The notes under the pieces: model-generated
The model's database searches: none
What the model was told of the DNA's origin: nothing
The model's input: the letters and a program-made list of their open reading frames with translations, nothing else
Shown: one piece after another, positions 13,477 to 25,446 of the stretch
Layout: every line of letters starts with the position of its first letter
Position numbering within the stretch: the stretch's first letter is position 1
Position numbers and translations under genes: made by a program
Origin: Amphiscolops sp. MND2022
Taxonomy: Eukaryota
NCBI GenBank assembly: GCA_964187785.1
Contig: OZ076409.1
Coordinates: 34,660,001 to 34,724,000, forward strand
DNA: 64,000 nucleotides
Direction of reading: 5' to 3'

Positions 13477-14600
13477 TGGTGACAGGAGCCAACCCTACCC
13501 CACATATGGTTCCTGAGTTTCTCACTGGACGTCCCATGCAATCCCGAGAACCTCTGCAACGCCAAGACTCCGACAATGTCGAACCCCAGAATACCACCCC
13601 TCAGGTCCCTGAGGCCACAACACCAAATACTTCCTCTGACCCTCTTCACCGACTGGCAGACGTACTAGTTGGCATGCATAACCGTCCATCAGCCCAAACA
13701 TTGATGGTACGCCCAGTCAGCACGGCTACACTGACGTTCGATGGAAAGTCAGAGAAATTCGAACTCTTTGAAGATCTCTTTCACACAATGATCAAAATGC
13801 AACCTGATATGACTGAAACAATGAAAATAAACCACTTTCACTCATTGTTGCGCAAAAACGCGCTACAAACCTTCCGTAATATCAATACAGCAAACAGGCA
13901 GACGTTGGAAGACATATTGGCAGTATTTCGTCGGAAATACGTCAAACCTGAGTCCCAGGCGACCGCCAAACACAAATGGCACAGATTGGTATTTGATCCA
14001 AATACCATGAAACTGCCGGATTTTCTTGAGGAACTCAATCAAGGAGCTGAAAAAGCGTTTGGCGAGAATGCTCAGGCCATGATTGATAGTCTTCTATATG
14101 CCAAATTGCCACCGAAATTGAAACGTTCAGTCAATATGGCTAGACTAGAAAACGCTACATATGAAGAAATAGTTACTCACCTGGAACGAGAACTAGAACT
14201 AAACGGACTTGAGGAAGGTGACGACATTCCCGTCCCAACAATGTCAACTGCCCCTACAGCAACACGACCGGGAACTGGCCTTCTTTCTTCGGGAATAGAC
14301 CCAAACATTACCTGCAACTATTGCAAAAAACCTGGCCATGTCAAAGATGACTGCCGAAAACTCAAGCGAAAGGAGGAACAACGCCGCAATGAAGGGCAGG
14401 ATACCAAAAAAGAATATCCTAAATGTCCAACTTGTGACAAAACAAATCACCCGGCGGAACGATGTTGGAAAGGCGCAGGAGCCCACCTCAAGCCCAAAAA
14501 CCTCAAACTAGACGATTCCAAAACTGACGAAACGCCTACCAGTACTAGTGACGTTCCAAATAAGCAAACAACTTCTATATTAAAAAATCCAAAAAACTAG
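12834..14600 (+). CDS. gag: Gag (588 aa); the first 214 codons lie inside the 5' LTR
   Basis: Capsid-like core (FDGKSEKFELFEDLF...) and two Zn knuckles (CNYCKKPGHVKDDC, CPTCDKTNHPAERC); open frame across the LTR end and PBS. Confidence 0.93.
   Translation: MPSTRKQKAKERRSRQLEMLSDVENVDIMLGSYSREDEDNNASENEANLDSGSSRPQQCSNTLGEDFRSLFNANSRENSEVTIETTRLINEEISNQMSRKLNEIKDSLNNQIQDAISSAITGQILPSIQNTLQTQGKAKRNTMDRGSIERQERVKVTGSFIRDKRSAERQRNPEVDNSQNIWENHPRKCFMQENIRQMSRQGSIDSGDIEQNYDMVTGANPTPHMVPEFLTGRPMQSREPLQRQDSDNVEPQNTTPQVPEATTPNTSSDPLHRLADVLVGMHNRPSAQTLMVRPVSTATLTFDGKSEKFELFEDLFHTMIKMQPDMTETMKINHFHSLLRKNALQTFRNINTANRQTLEDILAVFRRKYVKPESQATAKHKWHRLVFDPNTMKLPDFLEELNQGAEKAFGENAQAMIDSLLYAKLPPKLKRSVNMARLENATYEEIVTHLERELELNGLEEGDDIPVPTMSTAPTATRPGTGLLSSGIDPNITCNYCKKPGHVKDDCRKLKRKEEQRRNEGQDTKKEYPKCPTCDKTNHPAERCWKGAGAHLKPKNLKLDDSKTDETPTSTSDVPNKQTTSILKNPKN
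13477..13490 (+). promoter_or_regulatory. Primer-binding-site-like sequence (TGGTGACAGGAGCC)
   Basis: TGG immediately follows the LTR's terminal CA. The primer tRNA cannot be assigned by eye. Confidence 0.65.
14591..14597 (+). promoter_or_regulatory. -1 programmed ribosomal frameshift slippery heptamer A-AAA-AAC
   Basis: X-XXY-YYZ heptamer in the gag frame directly before the TAG at 14598; pol (codons at 14597, 14600, 14603) is in the -1 frame. Confidence 0.85.
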
Positions 14601-17600
14601 ATTTGCCAGGACTCCAATTCAATGAAAAACTCCGTGTCCGACAATACGTAATATCTGATCCTTCAAACATATATTATACTGAATACTTTACCTCTCTCAA
14701 AGAAAAATCATCAGCTGACTGGCAGCAGCAGATGAAGACTCCTCCTACCTCTCATACCACTTCGGACCCTATGTCCACTAGTCTACACAATAACACTAAT
14801 ACGATACGACTTCTACCGCTTATTGACGACTACAACCCATACTACTCTGATCCAACCTATGGTTTTGACCCCTATTGGGACGCTAATTGCTACAATCAAC
14901 ATCATCTATACTTTTACTGCAATTTCAACAAACCGAGTCACTATATAGAACTAGATTCTTATGAAACTGACCAAGCCTTAAATACGACCCTTATGAAAGC
15001 CAGAGTTGACCCATGGCAACATAACACACCACCAGGATGCCAAATAAATCATACTGAGCACGACCAAGAATTTCACCCGGTGGGACCTCAGGTCGCTCTG
15101 GTTACAGCAGTTGCTGCAAGATTTGTGAACACCTTAATCACCAGATCGGGTGAACCGGACTATGTACCGCTGACAACAAATCTCGGTCTCAAATATAAAA
15201 GACGAATGCTCTATTTTCCGATTGATTTCGGCGAACTAACATTAGACGGCCTTGTAGACACGGGAGCGCTCTCTAGTGCAATCCCAGAAGCTGATCTACG
15301 TAAAATCCGATTATTAGCCCCTCAGTCGATTGTGAAAGAGGGCCCGGCGCCCAACTTCCAAATCATGGTAGCTAACGGGCAGCTGGAAACTCCAAAGAGC
15401 ACCGTCGAATTAAAGTTTGAAGTCGGAGACATTGAATTCCACGAAATATTCATAGTCATGGAAAAACTCACCAGTCCGTTGATTGGTCTTTCTTTCCTTC
15501 AACGGAACAACACCATCTTGGACATGCGACGAGGCGTCCTAAATTTTCCTTTTTTTTCAATGCAAATAAAAACTGCAGACCACAAATATACCAATGTCAT
15601 GGAACCTATTTGCATTAGGGAAGATATAATCATCCCACCTAATGACCGACACTCGGTCCTTATAGCCTCACAACTGTACGCGAACACTACAGTTACAGGG
15701 ATCCTTCAACCGAGCAACAACCTTACAGATGACGGCGATATTGCCTTCTGTGCTGCTCTAGTCACCCTGACCAATGGTCAGGTATCAGTTCACCTGAACA
15801 ACTTTACTGATAGTCCGTATACCCTCAAAACTGGTACGCAAGTAGCCACTTTCACTGTCCTCACACCAGAACAGATGAAATATGTCAAACCTATAGACCC
15901 GGTGACCACATGGCACCTCGTACAAGACAACCCTGAACACGCCGCTTATTATGCAAGTAGCCTGATCAAATCTCCTAAAAACGAGGAATCTTTTACGAGG
16001 AGAAAATTACTGGTTCCCAACACCAGAGGACCCTGGGGACCCTCAGCATCATACGCCAATCCAGAAACGAATTTTATCCGAACTTGTCAATCTTCAGGAA
16101 CTAGAAAAACTTAATCCTCAGGACGACCCTGAGTCGAGACGTCAATTCTTATCCAACTTTGATTGGACTGACTCTATGCTTCAACCTGCTGAAATAGCTC
16201 GCATAGAGGACCTACTTGTTGAATTTCATGATATCTTTGCCAGACATCGCTTCGAAATCGGTATGAACGAGGACTTCAAGATCAAATTGACACCGAAAGA
16301 TGATTCCCCGGCCTATAGTCAGAGTTTGCCAACGCCAATAAATCTCAAGGAGGATATCCTTGTAGAATTGGCCCTATTGCATCGCTATGGGATAATTACA
16401 ACACTACCATTCTCCAAATACGCGAGTCCCATTTTTGCACAAAAGAAACCCAATGGCAAACTGAGACTTCTAGTCGATTTGCGCAAAATCAACAACCTGA
16501 TCTCGGATGACTATATTAATAATAACCACCCAGTGAGTACACTTACCGACGCAGCCCAACATATGGCTGGGAAGAAGCTATTTTGCAAGTTGGACTGCTC
16601 CCAAGCATACCACTGCCTACAAATGGTGGATCAAAGGTCCATGCTTGCCTTCAATTTTGCCAGCAGAACCTTCGCGTACAGAAGACTGGCACAAGGTCTT
16701 AGTAGAGCCTTATCGGCCTTTTCTAGTTTCATGCGCGAATATTTGGATAAAGTCATCAAAGCAGACCAATGTGCCCAATACGTCGATGATATTGACATCG
16801 CTGCCAACGATGCTGAACAACTCATCAACAACCTGAGGGCCACATTCCAATGCATACAACAAGCTGGCCTCAAGCTTACGATGCATAAATGCCATTTTGG
16901 CGCAACGGAAATTGATTTTCTGGGACGCACCATCACTCCTGCTGGAGTGAAGCCACAGAGACCAATGGTCCAAAATTTCCTAGAAAATACGAAATTCCCG
17001 AAATCCAAGAAAGCACTCCAACGTTACCTGGGATTCCTCAACTATTACAGGAACTACATCCCAAGGCTCTCAGAAAAACTGACACCGTTTTTCAAATTGC
17101 TCACAAAAGATGAAAAAGTCCTGGTTACTCCGGACCTCTTGGAAAAATTCACCGAAATAAACAAGGCTCTTGACCGATGTTGTGAACTTGCGCTAAAACA
17201 ACCCTTACCGAATAAGCAAATAGCTCTTATGACAGACGCCAGCTTTTCGGCCGCAGGGTACGCGGTTCTCATCGAAGATGATCCCCTCGAGAAATATACA
17301 TCTACGAGGAAAGCATTTGCACCAGTAGCTTATGGATCCAAGACCTTTAGTCCTACCCAATTGAAAATGTCCATCTATGCAAAAGAGTTCCTAGCAATTT
17401 TCTTTGCCTTCAAGGAATTCGGACATATATTTTGGGGAACCCCGAAACCGGTGATAATACTTACAGACAACAAATCCGTCACACGATTCTTCCAGACAAA
17501 AATCATACCCCCGACTCTATGGAACGCATGTGACTATGTCATTCAGTTCAACTTCACAATTGCCCATATACCAGGCAAAAACAACACAGCCGCAGACTAC

Positions 17601-19700
17601 TTGTCTCGGCTTGAAGTCTCTCCGAAAGAGAAGCTGATCCTCAGAATCCGAGAAAACATCCCTACTACACCAATTGAACTCCACGTCCAATCGGCAGGAG
17701 TCTCGGAGGAAGAACAAATTTTTTATACCGAGGACGACGACGAGACGGAAGAACAAATTTTACAGCGCAAAAAAGACGCTAGGAACCATCCATCAAATCA
17801 ATTACCTGATATTTCCTTCGAAAAATTTACTACACACAAAAGTGACTATCACAAACTTTCCACAATTCAAAAACTATCCTACACAAACTCCCTAGCAGTC
17901 GAGCAAAACAACGACGTCATTTTACAACAATTACACCTTAAAATATTGAAGGAAAACTATTCAGAAACCATCCTAGTCCAAGACACGCGTTACCAACATT
18001 ACTGTCGCCAAATGGACCGGCTGTCCGTTATTGACGGAATCATTACAAGACAGTATTTTGACGAAACAGGAGCTGTCAAATACAATCAAGTGTTATTACC
18101 AAAACATCTGGTCCAAGATCTACTTGAATCCCTCCATGGCAAAGCTAACAAACACCCTGGAATATCCAAGATGCTCATAGAAATTCGCCAAAAATATTAC
18201 TATCCTGGCATTGCAAAGATCGTTAAAAAATGGGTGCAAGGCTGTGAAACTTGCATCAAAGATAAACGAATTCCCACCTCATCAATAACGCCCGAATTGT
18301 TAAACTTGCCCGAGTGGGACTTAGGTCCAGAGGATGCAATGCAAATTGATTTGCTTCCGAACCTGCCCCCTAGTGGCGGTTACGAAAACATCATCACTGC
18401 TATCGACGTATTTTCAAGATATCTCTTTGCATACCCGGTTACTGACGCTTCGGCTACAAGTACGGCTAAGGTCATTATAGACATAATGACCAAACATACT
18501 TACTTGCCTACCACTCTCATCACAGACAAGGGAACGGCCTTTACGTCCAAATTAGTCGCCGAAGTAGCCCAAATTCTGGGAATTCAAATAAAATGTGCAA
18601 CTACAAAACATCCGCAAACAATTGGAAAATTAGAACGCACACATGCTAGCCTTAAAGCAAATCTCAAAATGGCATCAGGTGACTATCGGCGTCAGTGGCA
18701 TAAATATCTGCCACTAGCAGTATTAAACTACAATACGACTTATCACGCCACACTGGGCTGCGAACCATCTCGAATTTTTCATGGCCGAATTCCATATAAC
18801 ATATTGGACCACAAACTTGGGATCAATCCTAACCCCAAGGTCCTTCCGACTACAGACTTTGCCGATGAATTTAAGCGGCGAGCACAAATATTAATGGATA
18901 CCACAAAGAAAAACATAATGCAGTCTTATTTGAAATACAAAGAATACTATGACCGGAAGGCTAAAGCAGCGCCCCTACAACAAAATGATTACTGCTTCAT
19001 TTTACAACCTTTAGCTGACCACCAAGGATCGAAAATTCCATTCCGAGAATACCGATGGATCGGTCCGTATGTTGTTGAAAAAGTTTTGCCGAATGGAAAT
19101 TATATAGTAAGGAAACTTAATTCGAACAAAACACAAATTCTACACCGCATTCGACTACGCAAATATGAACCGAATACAGTCCTACAAGATATTCGACCGG
19201 AAGGCAATCTGCAACCGGATGATGAAATTGTTATTCCGCAAGACGACCTTTATGTCATCACGTGGGAAACAAATTTCGGAGAATTTCCAAATTCCGCTGA
19301 CGAAACTACACTTCCGACAAGCCAAGATGGGCCACGTCATTTTAACGATCCTGGCAATGACGTCTTGGTTCCGGACGAAATTTTCACCGATGTGGACCTT
19401 AGGTCCACCGGGCCTCAGGAAAATGGCGCCAGGGCCCCAGCGGAATTCCTCAACGACGAGGACCTAGGGTCCACCGGGCCTCACCAAACCAATGACTTAG
19501 AGTCGCTCGACAAAGCCCGCTCAGATCGCATAAACGATCGGCTTGGTGACCAACAATCGTCAGGAGGGAGCGATACTATCGTGCCCGAAGTATTAGATGA
19601 TGAAACTGACATGATTGTAGAAAATGAAAGTCCTAGGGGAGGGAAATATAACCTTCGTCCTAACCCCACCCCCAACTTCACTGATGAATACAGACACTAG
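14597..19700 (+). CDS. pol: Pol polyprotein (aspartic protease, degenerate dUTPase-like segment, RT, RNase H, integrase), broken by one frameshift near 16000
   Basis: LVDTGA protease; YVDD RT; TDAS RNase H; H-x5-HPG...CETC zinc motif and D,D,E integrase core (QIDLLP, ITDKG, KLER). ORFs 14603-16114 and 16176-19700 join through ENYWFPTPEDPG... if one frameshift is assumed at ~15990-16005. Confidence 0.92.
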
Positions 19701-19853
19701 TCAAACATGTAAATTACGGCCTCTAATATGTATTCTGTAGGAGACTCGACTGACTGAAAGACTATCTAGTATAGAATAAACAATAACTACAAACAGTAAA
19801 ACAAGTTCATATAAACAAATGTTTGTGAAAATACAATTGTACTTTATGTACAA

Positions 19854-22800
19854 TTAAGATTTACTTGCACTGGTACAGGCATGGAGCGTCTCGCCAGAGG
19901 ATGAGCGATCGCGACTTGAAACACTCTTACGAGTACGCTTTTTCCCGCGAGGAAAATAGATGGTCGTCGGCGGTTCGATGGATTCAACTCTTTGAGTCTT
20001 GCTGGAGGACTGAGCGGCGCGTGGGCACGACTTGGTAGGATCCAATCGCTCGAAGATTTTAGCTCTCCCAAAGAAGTCAACACTCAACCAGGGACAGTAA
20101 ACGTCACTTAGAGCGGTACTGCCGAAAGTAGGCTCCAATGCGAGAAACTTAGTCACAGACTCCTCTCTGGTCATAACTTCTTCCCCTCGGGCCACATTAG
20201 TGAAGTAGGACTGGACGGGTTGTATAAGATCAATCAATTGACAGGTTGGATCGTCGGAATAGAAACCCCAGAATTTGATCATGGGAAGTTCAGCAAAGGG
20301 CTCATCTATGCATAGGCAGCTCAAGCGAAAGAGCTTGTGGAGGAGGGGCCTGGACTGCAGGGTCTCCTGTCCTGACAGAAAGTCTATGGTATCAAAGATG
20401 AAGAAGGTAGGTTGACTCATACTAGTATAGCGCTGACGTAGGTCATCCACGAAAGTGATGTACTCATCGAGACATTGGGACTCCTCAGTGGGGGAATAGT
20501 AATCGCGTAGGCGGAAACTACTGAATAACTGCCCGATACAATACTTGCCCAGCACTAAAGGTTCAACAAGAAGGGTATTGAGGTCAAAAGTCCACGGATG
20601 ATGTTTGTTGTGAGGCCCTTGAGACCTTGGGTCTCACTGAGAAGATAAACTAAGTAACTGCGAGCTAATCGACCAAACTCCTCTTTGACGGCCTTGATGA
20701 CAGCTTCTATTGGCTCACCTTGATACTTCTTATCGTGCTTCTCTCGGTCTGCCTTCACCTTGCAAGCGTGATCGAATTTAGCTCCAAATTTCATCCGTGA
20801 CAGGAACTCGGTGATCTTGAGGGCGTTGGCTTCGGCTATAGGTAGATCAAGGATCTTCGTAAATTCAGCCTCAGGAGGAAGGTTCTTAGCATTGACGCAC
20901 CGCTTAGCGATTGCAAACAAGTACTTGCAGAGCTCTCTGTAGTAATAAAAAGACCTGTCCCGACGTCCACCAAGGCTGATAGTGAAGCTATTGACATCTA
21001 AACATGTGTAAGTGCAAAACCTTATAACAAGCCTAGATTGAATTACCTGGAAATATACTCACAATCATGAATCAACTTGTGGAAGAACTCCAGTCGGGTG
21101 GTGAACAAATCATCATGAATTATAGTCCATTCAAGACTTTGTGGCTGAAATGAAACTCAGTCAAGAGTATCACAACAAATGGACCGTAGGTCGCTTGAGC
21201 CACATGATTCTAACCTGATTGATCACAGAGTGCATCTCATGGGTAGTTGCATGGGCAGTAAGGAAAGAGTTGATTGAGGTCCAGTGCGTCTGAATTTCTT
21301 GGCACAGCTTGGGAAGGTTGACTACCTCCAGCTTACACGTCTTAATAGCCTATTAACAAATGTCAGATTATAGGTTGCAGCAACGACTTACGCTTGGTAA
21401 CTATTGTATGAAACTACCTTGGTCAACTCAGGTGCCAAAAGCGTCCACTCCAGGGCCAGGCTTCGTTCAAGAGTAATAACCAGGAACTGCAGAACGGAGA
21501 AGAAGTCGACTCTCCCGAACACACTGTAACTTCTCTTGTGCATGAGGTCCTTCACTGACAAGACGTCGAAGCGAAAAGGACTCTGGACCCCGTGGTGGAG
21601 GTATTTGCAGTTGTCTAAAAGGCAGATAAGTCCAGGAGAAGCGCCCAGACAAGCCACAATGTCAGGCCGTGTGGAAACAGCAGCCATCACATACGAGACA
21701 AGACTCAATTCAGATGATGTCTTCCCTTGACCTCTCCCAGTTCGTTTTAAGAAGACTCGGACCAGCTGTCCCGCGTGCCAGAAGCGGATGTAGAGGTTGA
21801 GGAACACCCCGTTGATCTGGAATTCGAGGGAATAGTACCCCTTCTCAACTACGTGCGTGCCAATGTCCTCAATCATTTGTAGGAAAAGGTGATGAAATAG
21901 CGCCTGAATGTAAACAGGACTGAATATTAGAAATACTACAAGAGTATGTAGCCACCGCTAAAACAGATTAGTATGGACTCTAGGTACAACGGGCTATATT
22001 GAAATACTTACGGTGATCCGTTCCTTCCCCCAGTTGAAATCAGCAAACAGTGCCTGATGGTTTACGACAACCCCGATGTCCTTCCAAAGTACTCTAAGTG
22101 CTCTGATGTCTCCAAAGGTGGGAATGTAGTGTGCAAGGACGGAAATCTGGACTCGTGCTCGGTTGGAAGACGAAGACGTCATGTGCTGGGCACCAGCCAT
22201 GAATTCATCATAAAAGGGGAATTTCTCCCATATATCCACGAGAGGGGCAGTCATGAACTTTGGAAGTTCCAGCTCCAGCTGGTATGGAGTGAGCACTTTC
22301 CCATCTTTGCCTCGGACTTGGTGGTGGATCGTCTTCGTGATGGGGTCTTCGATACCAAGATGTTCGTATCGCCACCGCTGATCTTTTCTTAAATGCCTTT
22401 CTGTGGCATAATGACGGAGAATTTCTCTAGCCCCTTTTCCGTAGATCGAGACGTTCCCCTTACAAATTTGGCAATAGAATTTGTAAGGGTTCCACCTGGG
22501 ATCGAGCGGTCCAGTAACGAAGGTCCTAGTCCAGGCCATACCTTCAAAATACTCCTCCTTCATTATCTTACAGGCCCTAGTTATTCGTCTGCGAGTGGTG
22601 GTGATCCTCTGTGGAGCCTTAGACTTGCGTTTTGTTGACTGCTGGTCTTGTAGTGCCTCAGCTTTTAAAGACGCCAACGTCTGCGCCCCAGGGCTCTCGG
22701 TTGCAGTTTGAGGCTCATTAGACTTCGGGTCCATCTCTATATTTTTCTCTCGGCAAGGAGGCTTCTTGATGGTGACAACACTCGGTGGAGTCCTCTCGAA

Positions 22801-24219
22801 ACTATAGCCGATGCTGTTAGAATTATTATCACTATGTAATGCTCCACTAGTGTAACTTCCCTCCCTGTCAGACGGATTTCCCGGCACTGTTTCCCCTTCG
22901 GAACTAGGGTAGACACTTCCTCCAGCAGAAGTGTTGGAAGGCAGATTCTTTTGTCCAACTGAAGTTCGTCCCAGGCTTAGCTTACTAGCCCGGATGACGA
23001 TATCCTCCATCATGGCATAGGATGCTCGGGCACTCTCATCAGCCACCACTCTGAGGATCGTTTGCATCTGTTCTGAATTGAGGGAAATAGTAGGATGATC
23101 CTTGGGCAGATTAAAAGCAGAAGCTTGTTGGAAATAGTGATTCACCAAGGTCCGACTAGAGCTGCTCATTTGGTGAACCCTCGATTCTTTTGCGTTTTCA
23201 ACAGCAGTAGACTCTAAACCATTAGAGTCTGAGGTTCCGATCAAGTCGAACTTTGTGGTTTTTGACGGCAAGAACAAGGCATCATCTAAAGTTGACCTCG
23301 CTTGATCCCCAGAAGTGACTCCTGATTGCACCGATAATTCAGCTTCACTGGTATAGTCCGAGTGACCACCAGTCCCAGTAGGCTCTTTCTCACCTTCTAA
23401 CAGGAAGACGTCATCATCCAGTATGGGAGGATCTTCAGTTTTTGAACTTCTGCTGTCAGAGCGTTCGCGCAGACCAGAGGTATCGACAATTACCTTGGTT
23501 TTCTTCGCTCGAATCGGATCGCGCGGCTTATGTGGGACTTCACTGAAGTTGTGGTCAGGATCCAGAAAATGAACAGGGGACTGAGAAGACGTCCCCGTTA
23601 TGCCGAATGAAGGTTGATTTGTACCTGGAGTGAGCACAAGGTCACCTCCAAAGCTCTCTTTCTCAGGCAGTATAGTCACTCCTGGAATAGGGATCGTAGA
23701 GTCACCAGCTCCCAACTCTTCCATCCGCCTAGTGAAATAAGTTAAGCAACTCTCTTGCGAACTGCTGGAATCTTGCAACAATATCTCATTGTTAGGCAGA
23801 AGTTTTGTCAGATCACGAGACTCTGCATCCTGTGGGTCTGTTATAGCCTCACTTGCCCCTTGTGCTGGAGCAGTTGCATCAGGCTCATTCGACTGTTGGT
23901 CCATGACAAGATTTTCGATGACAGTGCCAAAGGAGGTGTTGCTGTCTCCCGTGGAGGAATTAGCGGCTTGTTCATAGGCCTGTGTTTCCATTGGCTCCTC
24001 AACGGGGTCTACTGGGGATTTTAGATTCTGTCCTGTGCTGACAGTATCTTGTTCAAGAGGATTTAATTGGGTACTAGTTTTATCTGGGACCGTTGCGCTT
24101 GCGTCAGAGGCACTTTGTTCTGTGGCTTGATCAACTTCTTGGAGTGGTTGGCCAGTTTGCTCTTTATCTAAATGAAAAGAGATAAATTTACGCGGTTCAC
24201 TTCCTGCAAACAAATCCAT
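19854..24219 (-). CDS. Five-exon antisense gene inside the LTR element (~1350 aa): low-complexity N-terminus, BED/C2H2-like zinc finger, hAT-transposase-like body; one frameshift near 20590
   Basis: Exons 24219-22012, 21903-21418, 21349-21215, 21144-21063 and 20997-19854. Introns of 108, 68, 70 and 65 bp are all GT..AG and phase-compatible (0,0,0,1). Motifs: FYCQICK...HYATERH, YYSLEFQ...LYIRFW...RVFL, RPLLHKLFRLSCLCI. Confidence 0.8.
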
Positions 24220-25446
24220 CTTACCGCGGTTTGAAAATCTTCCGGAAGTAAGTTCAAAATCAAAGGTTCTTCATGAAATCTTTTCACGATGGAGGAAGTT
24301 AAAAAATCTATTCTGAGCCCTGATCAAGTTCAGTTTAGACGACATTTAAAGAACCAACCTGATGTATTGTCCATGAAGGAAGGACAGAATTTAGCTTCGT
24401 GAAGTGTTTCTGCTGAATCAGGACAATTGAATCGCAGTAGTATATTCTACTCAGTTGCTGACGCTCGCTAGACCACAGGTCCGTGAATGGTTTAAAACCA
24501 GTTTCACTCGTGAATCCTACCCGTAACTGTTATTGGGAGACTGCTGCCAATAAGGGAGTGGAGTGACGAATTCGCAATTAAGAGAATCGGAATATAACAG
24601 GCAATTACAGAATGTGGGAAGCTGGTAGCTATAGAAATTGGAAACACAAAGTCTGTTAAGCACAAAATGTGACGGAATACTTTATACCTGTATACTGACT
24701 AGAAACGGACCTGCAATACTAAAATGCTTACGTCTACTAAAACTCAATTAAAGGAAGTCGTGGCTTACCAATTAATCTTTTTCTACCTAACTATAATAAT
24801 TAGTGTACTTCGACACCGATCAACTTGTTTGATTATACCCCTTTACCACGGATGGAACCTGCCAGTGAAATCCTTTTACTCTTCTCATTAGTATATATAC
24901 CGAGCGTGATGGAACTGATTTGCTTCATAATTTCATGAGCTTATTCACCATCACCATTATTATCACTTGCATTCATTCATAAACAAGAGGAAGCCAGTAA
25001 GCTTTCATTGCGATTTTATTTATTTATTTAGCAGCGATGATTGGTCAATCACCGCCTGTCGCTCAACGGACCTTCGGTCCTTTGAAGTTGAGTAATGATA
25101 TTAGCGAAGTGTTAATAAACACCGTCACCAAAGCAAGATGACCCTCAAGAGGCTGTTAACGAGTGGCGGATAGTGACAAAGCAAACATTAGAGTAGCTGC
25201 TAAGAGCCCTCCAACCTCATAGATGAAACGAAAATGACTCGAGAAATCCTAACCTAACTTATAAGGAAACCTCTGAAAAGTTATGGAGTATTCAGGGATG
25301 CTTTCCCCTCCAAAAATTCCCGCGCAATTGCGAAGGGACCGGGAGTCTATAGAGCGAGAGGAAATCATTCTCAAATCTGAGTTTGGCTCGTCTAGTTGCA
25401 AATCAAAATTGCGAAGAAAATCTTCTTAAACAGGTATAGATCGACA

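Noticed and set aside
21391..21392. Stronger-looking donor GC|GTAAGT for antisense exon 2
   Set aside because: Phase 2 does not match the phase-0 acceptor at 21350; the AAG|GTAGTT donor at 21417 keeps the frame.
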